This document shows, one piece after another, positions 28,690 to 36,768 of a stretch of DNA of 41,575 bases. Where the stretch lies: the sequence record SRR33789315_40; one strand, given 5' to 3'. The notes under the pieces were generated by a model that ran no database searches, had not been told where the DNA came from, and saw only the letters and a program-made list of their open reading frames with translations. Position numbers and translations under genes: made by a program. Every line of letters starts with the position of its first letter. Positions within the stretch are counted from its first letter, which is position 1.

Positions 28690-30280
28690 CCGCAAACTCT
28701 ATATCCAAGTTGCCTTATCCATTGCCATTGTCGCGGTGTTAGTGTCGTTGGCTTCATCAGCAATTTCATACTATGCAGGGCTGCATGAAAACAAAAACAC
28801 CAATCATTTGCTCGTTCAACAGTTAGCCCAAACAATGTCAAAAACGGCAGCTATATCTGCTTTTTTGATTGATCACGAGCTGGGGCAAGAAATCGTTAAT
28901 GGTTTATTAAGTAATAACCTAGTTCAAGGAGCGAGCCTTAAAGGCGAAGATGGCGTGATTATCGCGGGCACTGATCTTACCAAACGACAGGAAGCTATAA
29001 TCATCAAACTTATGCACCCCTTTATTGATGATACACCTGTAGGCACGCTTATTGTTTACCCAGACGGTAATTACATTCAACAACAGGCAAAAAAATCAGC
29101 AAAAAAAGAAATGGTCATTATGTTAATCCACTCGATGATTATTGCATTTTTTGTTTCTCTTGTGGTGCATAGAAGGCTCACTCGCCCTATTCAAAAGTTA
29201 ACAGATAGTTTTGCCACTATTGATCCAAGCGTGCCTGAAACCATGCATATGTTAACGGTGAAAAAAGGCAAACAAGACGAAATAGGAAAGTTAGCCCAAG
29301 GGATCAACTCTTTGATGCATGAGCTTCATTTGACCATCAGTAATGAACGAGCATTAAGCGAAAAAACCCAAGAGTTAGAAAGTAAATTTAGACTTATTTT
29401 TGAACAAGCCAGTGCAGGCATTTGCTTGTTAGATGAACAAAATATGATTACTACCCTCAACCCAGCATTTGAACGTTATTTTACCCCTAAAGGCCAAAAC
29501 GGATTAGCCTCGTTCCACTTTCCTACTTTATTAAATAATGTTGATAAGTTACAAGAGCTATTAGACAGAATACGCCTAGAAAGTAACAGTTCACAAATCA
29601 CCTTAGATATCGAATGCCAAGTGGGCAACAAAGCGATATGGATGCATTGTTTGTTTGCCAAATTGACGGAACAACGCATTACCTCACGCGGACAACAAAG
29701 TGGCTTGGTTGAAGTTATATTGCATGACGTAACAGAACGCGCTGAGCGCGAATTTCAAACACGATTCGAAGCAGATCATGACCCCCTTACTCATTTACAC
29801 AACAGACGTTCAGGCGAAAAAAAATTACATAAAGCCTTATTTGACGTTATAAAACAGCAACAGCATTTAATTTTACTGATGATAGATCTCGACAAATTTA
29901 AACCCGTAAATGATACCTTCGGTCATGAAGCAGGTGATAAAGTGCTGGTTGAAATTTCACGAAGAATTAAGTCGCGCTTTAATTTAAGCAGTGATATTTG
30001 CATTCGCTGGGGGGGAGACGAGTTTGTAGTTGCTCGGCAATTTTCAGTTTTTGACCAAGACTCAGTTTCGCAACAAGCACAAGAGATGCTGGTTGATATA
30101 ATGAAACCGATTTATATCACTGAATATGAACAATGTAATATTGGAGCCAGTATTGGAATCGTTGTTGGACCGAAAGATGGCAAGGTCTTACATGAGTTGA
30201 TGGTCAACGCAGACAACACTATGTATAAAGTAAAAGAAAAAGGGCGAGGACAAGTGGCCTTTTATGAAAGGCCATATTAA
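28679..30280 (+). CDS. Membrane diguanylate cyclase (TM-periplasmic-TM-HAMP-PAS-GGDEF)
   Basis: HAMP LTRPIQKL..DEIGKLA; PAS FRLIFEQAS..DVTE; HDPLTHLHNR, DLDKFKPVND, RWGGDEF. Confidence 0.92.
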   Translation: MKISRKLYIQVALSIAIVAVLVSLASSAISYYAGLHENKNTNHLLVQQLAQTMSKTAAISAFLIDHELGQEIVNGLLSNNLVQGASLKGEDGVIIAGTDLTKRQEAIIIKLMHPFIDDTPVGTLIVYPDGNYIQQQAKKSAKKEMVIMLIHSMIIAFFVSLVVHRRLTRPIQKLTDSFATIDPSVPETMHMLTVKKGKQDEIGKLAQGINSLMHELHLTISNERALSEKTQELESKFRLIFEQASAGICLLDEQNMITTLNPAFERYFTPKGQNGLASFHFPTLLNNVDKLQELLDRIRLESNSSQITLDIECQVGNKAIWMHCLFAKLTEQRITSRGQQSGLVEVILHDVTERAEREFQTRFEADHDPLTHLHNRRSGEKKLHKALFDVIKQQQHLILLMIDLDKFKPVNDTFGHEAGDKVLVEISRRIKSRFNLSSDICIRWGGDEFVVARQFSVFDQDSVSQQAQEMLVDIMKPIYITEYEQCNIGASIGIVVGPKDGKVLHELMVNADNTMYKVKEKGRGQVAFYERPY

Positions 30281-30338
30281 TACTAGTTAACAAGGTATAA
30301 TAAATTGTATGACCTAGGTATTGACCAATAGCACAACA

Positions 30339-31628
30339 TTAATGCAGCTTAAGTTTACTCCCCACAAACTTGCTTACTTGTCGACTCAACATGCCCACGG
30401 CACCTTTAATATAACCGTTTACTGCAAACTGATGCATGCTGTATAAACTGTTATAAACAATGCGTGCCATGTGCCCTTCAATAAACATACTACTATTTGA
30501 GAGATTGCCCATTAAGCTCCCCACAGTGCTGTATTTACTCAAATGTATTAGTGAACCATAGTCATTATAGATATAGGCTTTTAAAGGCTTCCCTAGCATA
30601 GAGGCCAAAATATTATGATAAACAGTATTTGCCATTTGATGAGCTGACTGCGCTCTGGGCGGCACCCAACGACCATCGGGTTGCAAACAAGCACAACAGT
30701 CACCCAAAACATAGATACGTTGGTCTACGGTACTTTGTAATTGTTGATTTACCATAATTTGTTGTAATTTATTTGTTTCAAATCCCCACTTAAGTACTGC
30801 ATCTGGCGCTTTAATACCCGCGGCCCAAACCATAAGATCAGCTTCAATTAAATGCTCATCCTGAGTTAAAAAACCTGTCTTTTCGGCACGAATTACTCGG
30901 GTATTTTCGAGTACCTGTACGCCAATTTTTTGTAAGGCATGTTTAGCCGAAGCCGCGATTCGCTCAGGTAAAGCGGGTAAAATACGCGGACCCGCTTCGA
31001 TAATGGTAAGTTGTAAACGTTTAGATGAGAGACTTGTCATACCATAGGCATTAGCCAAATTTGCCACATGATGTAGCTGCGCAGCTAACTCGGTACCTGT
31101 CGCACCAGCTCCTACAATACTGACTTTAAGTGGAGATTGGTTTTCGCTGTCATAATTGAGACGTAAAAATTGGTTAATAAGAGCACGGTGGAATTGCTCT
31201 GCTTGTGCCAAAGAATCAAGAAAATAGCTATGTTGTCTAACACCCGGTGTATTGAAATCATTACTCACGCTGCCCAATGCCATGACCAAATTGTCATATT
31301 GGATTTGTCGCTGCGGCAATATTTCATTACCCGTATCATCAAGTAATTGCGCCAACGTTAAACAACGCCCCTCAACGTCAAGGGCAATCATTTCTCCTTG
31401 TTGGAATTCATAATGATGACTACTTGCGTGAATACGGTAATCTACACCATCAGAATTTTTATCGATTACACCTGCAGCAACCTCGTGTAATAAAGGCTTC
31501 CAAACATGGGTTCGTTGCTTGTCGACTAAAATAATCTCCAATGATTTTCGCTTTTTAGCAAACTTACTTAACTTGGCAACTAACTCTAAGCCACCGGCCC
31601 CACCGCCAACTACAACAATGCGCTTCAA
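30339..31628 (-). CDS. ndh: Type II NADH dehydrogenase
   Basis: GGGAGG, WKPLLHEVAAG, GAGATGTELAA, VPPRAQSAHQ; AAGGAG RBS. Confidence 0.92.
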   Translation of the reverse strand: MKRIVVVGGGAGGLELVAKLSKFAKKRKSLEIILVDKQRTHVWKPLLHEVAAGVIDKNSDGVDYRIHASSHHYEFQQGEMIALDVEGRCLTLAQLLDDTGNEILPQRQIQYDNLVMALGSVSNDFNTPGVRQHSYFLDSLAQAEQFHRALINQFLRLNYDSENQSPLKVSIVGAGATGTELAAQLHHVANLANAYGMTSLSSKRLQLTIIEAGPRILPALPERIAASAKHALQKIGVQVLENTRVIRAEKTGFLTQDEHLIEADLMVWAAGIKAPDAVLKWGFETNKLQQIMVNQQLQSTVDQRIYVLGDCCACLQPDGRWVPPRAQSAHQMANTVYHNILASMLGKPLKAYIYNDYGSLIHLSKYSTVGSLMGNLSNSSMFIEGHMARIVYNSLYSMHQFAVNGYIKGAVGMLSRQVSKFVGSKLKLH

Positions 31629-31726
31629 TCGTTACTCCTTCACATCTGACCGTGAATTTTAAGATAATGTTTTGTCATTATAATGCGTTATTCGATGATT
31701 TCTGCAAGTACAGATTACGTTTATAG

Positions 31727-32392
31727 CTAAAAATAGGCACGTACACTTCGGGTATGGAATAAGTCGTTAATGGGGTGCGGCATTACTTTTAAATTATTCA
31801 ATTGGGCAAAAGCAAGCTCCAAAGTAGCCATCGCATCATCTAAGGCATTATGCGCGGGTGCAGGTGGAAATTGATAACGATGGCGACAGTCAGCTAAAGT
31901 AAAACTGTGACGGCTAAATACCGTTTGTGCTCGGTCCAAAATATATTTATCAAGACTTAAGGTATCTAAGGTTAACAGACCGCTATAGTCAATTTTTCTT
32001 AGAGACATTTCTCGCGTAAGGATTGGCATATCTAATGGGGCATGGTGAAATACCCATAAGTGCGAATGCAACATACTTTGCAACACTTGAAGGGCAGGTT
32101 CAAGCTCATTGCCATTGGCAATATGTTCCGCCGTTAAACCATGTATAACCGGGCTTTGTTGCAGATCAGCTGGAGTATTAATCACCTGATAAAATGCACT
32201 TTTAAGATCAACTTGGCCATTCATGCCGGCAATCCAGCCAATGGAGGTAATGGCGGCGGTGTTAGTATTTAAGGAGGTCAGCTCCAAATCAATGGCTAAT
32301 AATGGAACGTCCTGCCATGCTCGGTTTTGCCAGTGTTCTGGTAGGTGTTGACCCAAGCCCAACCAATGTTTGTGTTTGTTCCACCACTTCAT
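31727..32392 (-). CDS. DEDDh 3'-5' exonuclease-family protein
   Basis: IDLELT, HHAPLD, LDTL, HNALDDA. Confidence 0.88.
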   Translation of the reverse strand: MKWWNKHKHWLGLGQHLPEHWQNRAWQDVPLLAIDLELTSLNTNTAAITSIGWIAGMNGQVDLKSAFYQVINTPADLQQSPVIHGLTAEHIANGNELEPALQVLQSMLHSHLWVFHHAPLDMPILTREMSLRKIDYSGLLTLDTLSLDKYILDRAQTVFSRHSFTLADCRHRYQFPPAPAHNALDDAMATLELAFAQLNNLKVMPHPINDLFHTRSVRAYF

Positions 32393-34234
32393 TTAACTCA
32401 AGGCCCCGCAAAATTTTAATAAAGCACCTTGTTGCGCCACTTGAATAGCTTGAAATGCAGCCTTCAATTGATGTTTTTCAATGGCAGATAAGTCTTTAAT
32501 CAAAATACTATTATCAATGACTTTATTGTTCACTTGATGGCGCCAACGTAAGCGATTTAAGAACAGCCAGATATCACGTAAATTATCGGCATCTTTCTTG
32601 GTTAGCCCCCCATCATCAGGTAAATTAGCCAAACGACTTAAAGTACTAGGCATACTTAGTTGGGCAGATAATGCATAGATACGCACCAATGAATTAATAA
32701 TGACCACTGCCCCTCGTTTTAGGTTAATGGCATCCTCTGAGCCTTTATCATAATTAAAACGTTTAAATACCGATAAGGGCACATGAAAATCACTCACTTG
32801 CCTAGCCAGTAATGCTAAAAATCGGCTCTGGTTAAACAACGGGCTACGGGCCTGTTCTAATTGCTTAAACAAACTGATATTGCCAGCAACAGGGCGCGCA
32901 TCTAGAAAAATATTAAAACTCAATAGGGCCTTAGGTGAAGGAGTATTAACCCAGGTGTGTGCTTGTTTTATGGCTTGCTCAAGAGATAAGCGTAGCTCAG
33001 GATTACTTGCCATAATATTACCCGTACACAAGGCAATACCACATTTATTCAAGCCTTTACATACATAATCTGACATCTCAGCAAAGTACTGTGATTCTTG
33101 GTCATTGGGTATTTTAGCTAACAACAAACCATTGTCTTGATCAGAACCCATCGTTTGATCTTCACGGGCCTGCGAGCCATACACTAACCAACAATAATCA
33201 AAAGGTGCTGGGCCGTTTTTTTGTTGATAAAAACTCAATAATTTACGGGTCATAATGTCAGTTGCTTGGGATAATATTTTTCCAGCCACATCAAAATCAC
33301 CAAGACGTTTAGCATGGGTTGCAAAATACTGTGGTAGTTGCCAAGAAAGTCGGCTTAATTCATATAGATTCTGCGCTTTCATCAACTCACCGATGATAAA
33401 TAACACGTTTGCCCGCTGATAACGCAGCATATCCGTGGCAGTTACTAAGCCAATAGGCGTCTGTTTATTACGTTCCACAATGGGTAGGTGATGAATATTT
33501 CTTTCAGTCATCAGGCATAGCGCATCAAATAAACTGTGTTGCTCTTCAATAAAACATGGACTCGGTGTCATTACGCTCGATACCGGTGCTTGGGTATCAC
33601 AACTCACCGCAACAACACGGTTGCGAATATCACGGTCGGTAATAATACCGACTAATTGCTCTTCATCATCGATAAAGTCGGTAATCATTAAGGTTGAAAC
33701 TTGCTCTTGCGCCATCTGCTGCACTGCTAACAAGATCGGCGTATCTTGACGGGCACTAACTAATCTATCACTCAATACTTCAGACAAGGGCTTTTGCAGC
33801 CAAATTGAATTGGAATCATCAATAGCTTGATTATGCAGAGTCTGCTCTTTATAAGCACGAAAAAATGCGTTTAACTCTGGGTGTTCATGTATGTATAGCT
33901 CAAAGGTGATATTGGGTATAACGTAGACCAAGCCAGGGTAATTAATAGTCAAAAATTCTGCGTTAAACTCCCCTTGCTTATCCACAACAGCGCCAAAATA
34001 ATCGCCCTCGCTCAAATAGCTCTGAACACCATCTTGCCCTTGGATCCCAAACTGACCCGACTGAATTAAAAACAGGCTCTGTTGGTTATCTTTTAGCAAA
34101 GAGACAGCGTTTTGAGCCGTGAGGTACAATACCAAACAGTCTTTTGCTAACGCAGTGAGTTGCTCTCTTTTTAGTTTGTCAAAAGGAGCCGAGGCGGCGA
34201 GAAAATTAATCACTTGTTGAGGAACAGCATGCAT
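32393..34234 (-). CDS. cNMP-binding/CBS-pair/DUF294 nucleotidyltransferase signalling protein
   Basis: PFDKL N-terminus, EGDYFG, GIITDRDIRNRVVA, IHHLPIV, GSQAREDQTMGSDQDNG, GNIMASNP, FLDARPV. Confidence 0.9.
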   Translation of the reverse strand: MHAVPQQVINFLAASAPFDKLKREQLTALAKDCLVLYLTAQNAVSLLKDNQQSLFLIQSGQFGIQGQDGVQSYLSEGDYFGAVVDKQGEFNAEFLTINYPGLVYVIPNITFELYIHEHPELNAFFRAYKEQTLHNQAIDDSNSIWLQKPLSEVLSDRLVSARQDTPILLAVQQMAQEQVSTLMITDFIDDEEQLVGIITDRDIRNRVVAVSCDTQAPVSSVMTPSPCFIEEQHSLFDALCLMTERNIHHLPIVERNKQTPIGLVTATDMLRYQRANVLFIIGELMKAQNLYELSRLSWQLPQYFATHAKRLGDFDVAGKILSQATDIMTRKLLSFYQQKNGPAPFDYCWLVYGSQAREDQTMGSDQDNGLLLAKIPNDQESQYFAEMSDYVCKGLNKCGIALCTGNIMASNPELRLSLEQAIKQAHTWVNTPSPKALLSFNIFLDARPVAGNISLFKQLEQARSPLFNQSRFLALLARQVSDFHVPLSVFKRFNYDKGSEDAINLKRGAVVIINSLVRIYALSAQLSMPSTLSRLANLPDDGGLTKKDADNLRDIWLFLNRLRWRHQVNNKVIDNSILIKDLSAIEKHQLKAAFQAIQVAQQGALLKFCGALS

Positions 34235-34319
34235 GGTTTATATCCCTATTATTTATCCTCTAACTTGTTTATTAAAAATATATAAACGTAGCCAGAGTAA
34301 TGGCTTGGACATCTCACTT

Positions 34320-35330
34320 TCAACTATTTGGTGGTGCCGCTACTGAATCACGTTCAACAAGCTCGGCTAAAAACAAATGAGTCTGACTACTAAGTTTTCG
34401 ATTAGGGCTATTAAGCTGCATGGCTAAATTTGAAGCATAGCTAGCCATTTCCTCAATCGGATAACGCATTGTCGTCAGCCGAGGACGACATGCCCGTGCC
34501 AACGGTAAATCATCAAAACCTATGACAGAAACATCTTCAGGTACGCGCAACCCGGCTGCAAATAAAGCATGAATAGCACCAATTGCCATTAAATCATTGT
34601 ACGCCAATAAGGCGGTAAATTTAATACCTTTAGCGAGTAAAGCATTAGTCGCTTGTTCGCCTCCCTCAATATTTGCAGTAGACTCTTCAATCGCACTATT
34701 ATCAAGCTCTAGTCCGGCGCGGCTTAAGGCTTGACGGCTGCCTTGCACACGTATTTCAGGATCGCCATTACGGTAAATACTCGTGACAATGGCGAATTTA
34801 CGGTGTCCTTTGTCAATAAGATGTTGCGCCGCTTGATCAGCGCCCTGAACATTATCCAACCATACGCAACGATTGGCTATCTTGGGAATAAAACGGTTAA
34901 TAATAACTAATCCTGGAATTTCGCTTGCAAGCTGTTCCAACGTTTTGTGATCAGAATAATCACTGTGCAAAATAATACTATGGCAGTTGTGTTCACGTAG
35001 CGAGTTGATGGCATCGAGTTCAGACTTGGTTTCGTACAAGGAATTTGCCATTAGCAGTTTATACTGGTTTTCACGTGCTGATTTTTCTACACCACTCGCT
35101 AAAGTACCAAAAAACGACATGGATAATTTAGGTGTGACAACACCAATGGTTTTACTGGTTTTACCGACTAAGGCTTGAGCGTTACTATTAGGTCGATAGC
35201 CTAATTCAGCAATAACTTTTTTCACTCTATCTCGACATGCGGGTCCCACTTGGGCACCATCATGTATTACCCGAGACACAGTAGCAGTAGATACTCCTGC
35301 AATCCGCGCCACGTCCTTAATTGTCACCAT
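34320..35330 (-). CDS. LacI-family regulator, GalR-like
   Basis: MVTIKDVARIAGVSTATVSRV, YRPNSNAQAL, YNDLMAIGA, VSVIGFDD; ATG 35330. Confidence 0.93.
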   Translation of the reverse strand: MVTIKDVARIAGVSTATVSRVIHDGAQVGPACRDRVKKVIAELGYRPNSNAQALVGKTSKTIGVVTPKLSMSFFGTLASGVEKSARENQYKLLMANSLYETKSELDAINSLREHNCHSIILHSDYSDHKTLEQLASEIPGLVIINRFIPKIANRCVWLDNVQGADQAAQHLIDKGHRKFAIVTSIYRNGDPEIRVQGSRQALSRAGLELDNSAIEESTANIEGGEQATNALLAKGIKFTALLAYNDLMAIGAIHALFAAGLRVPEDVSVIGFDDLPLARACRPRLTTMRYPIEEMASYASNLAMQLNSPNRKLSSQTHLFLAELVERDSVAAPPNS

Positions 35331-35390
35331 ACCTGGCACTCTCTTTTATCTAATTGTTTTATATAATAATTCATCAAGGTTTTTATTGCA

Positions 35391-36722
35391 TTAAGTGTTG
35401 TTTTTAAACATGTTTGAAGCCACGATAAAATAAGCTGCGACTGCAAAGCCGCATGTACCAAGAGCGAGTATAAGCCTGAGGTTAGTGATACTTTGTACAC
35501 TCTGATTTGCTCCCATTGAGGCGTCAAAACCACTTAGATTTAAAAATAAACCGGATAATAAAATAGCCAGTACTCCACTCATATTAACTACCAAGGTAAA
35601 CAAAGCGACAAAGCGACCTTCTTGGTAACAACCCGTTTTTTCAGCGTGTTTATCACTAATATCAGCCAACATTGCTGGCAGGATTGTAGTCATTACACTC
35701 CACACTGCTGTGCACAATATCGCATCAAGTAATATCCAAAGTCCTATTCCAGGTACAAATAAAAACCATTTTAATAAGCCACCAACAGCAGTAATAAGAA
35801 ATATGCTTTGCAATACGCGCACCTTACCAAAGCGCATTGCTTCTCGAATGACTAGCGGAATTGCTAACATTCCTAACAGCGTATAGGCCGTAGAAAGCCA
35901 ACCTTTGTCTATTGCCCCTTGGACGATATCGCCGTCATGCACGTAATAAACGAGCAGATAATAATCCATACTAGCACTAAACGCTCCCCCCCCAAATTGC
36001 AATACGCATACAATTAAAATGGCTACCAAGGTCTTATTATTTTTAAGCAAACTTAGACTGTCGGTTATTTTTAACTTATTTGGTTTTTGCTTGATATACT
36101 GTTGTTCACGGCAAAATAACGCGGGCAGCATCCCCATAAGAGCAATAATCCCAATACCTACGACCCAACCAACCACTCTCACGCCGAGAAAAATCGATGA
36201 AAAGAGCGCTAACTGTGCCAGCGGAAATAACCACTGATAAAGTAAAGTTCCAAGCTTAACAAAGTAACTGGTGGTGCCCATTAACGCTAAACGACTTAAG
36301 GGATCACGACTAATTTCATAGGATAAACATGTCATGGGAATATTTAAAAATACATAGGCGCAATAAAGCAAAAATGAACTGACAGCAAAATACAGCAGTT
36401 GCGCATTTGCCGACCAGTGTTCAGGTACCATCCACACAGCACCAAACAACAAGCCACTTAGCCAAGCAGATACAAAAATTAAAGGGCGCCGGCGGCCCCA
36501 ACGGCTATTAAACTGATCACTTAAGCGACCAACCCAAGGATTTAGTAACGATGCCAATAAAAAAGGCACAATTAATACGATACTAAGTAAAAATGGGTCA
36601 ACACCCAATGTCATTTGGTAAAAAGGGATCGCTAATACCATCAAGCTTTGACTTACAAATGCACTAGCAAAAAAGCCTGCGCCTAAACTTAATTTCTGCT
36701 TGATGGGTATAATTTGTGACAA
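35391..36722 (-). CDS. MFS sugar transporter, GPH (MelB-like) family
   Basis: NPWVGRLSD..SRWGRRRP, AMLADISD, EGRF; about 12 TM segments. Confidence 0.88.
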   Translation of the reverse strand: MSQIIPIKQKLSLGAGFFASAFVSQSLMVLAIPFYQMTLGVDPFLLSIVLIVPFLLASLLNPWVGRLSDQFNSRWGRRRPLIFVSAWLSGLLFGAVWMVPEHWSANAQLLYFAVSSFLLYCAYVFLNIPMTCLSYEISRDPLSRLALMGTTSYFVKLGTLLYQWLFPLAQLALFSSIFLGVRVVGWVVGIGIIALMGMLPALFCREQQYIKQKPNKLKITDSLSLLKNNKTLVAILIVCVLQFGGGAFSASMDYYLLVYYVHDGDIVQGAIDKGWLSTAYTLLGMLAIPLVIREAMRFGKVRVLQSIFLITAVGGLLKWFLFVPGIGLWILLDAILCTAVWSVMTTILPAMLADISDKHAEKTGCYQEGRFVALFTLVVNMSGVLAILLSGLFLNLSGFDASMGANQSVQSITNLRLILALGTCGFAVAAYFIVASNMFKNNT

Positions 36723-36768
36723 ACGCCCTCCTGACTATATTCAATTAGCGTTGTCATATTGAATCAAA

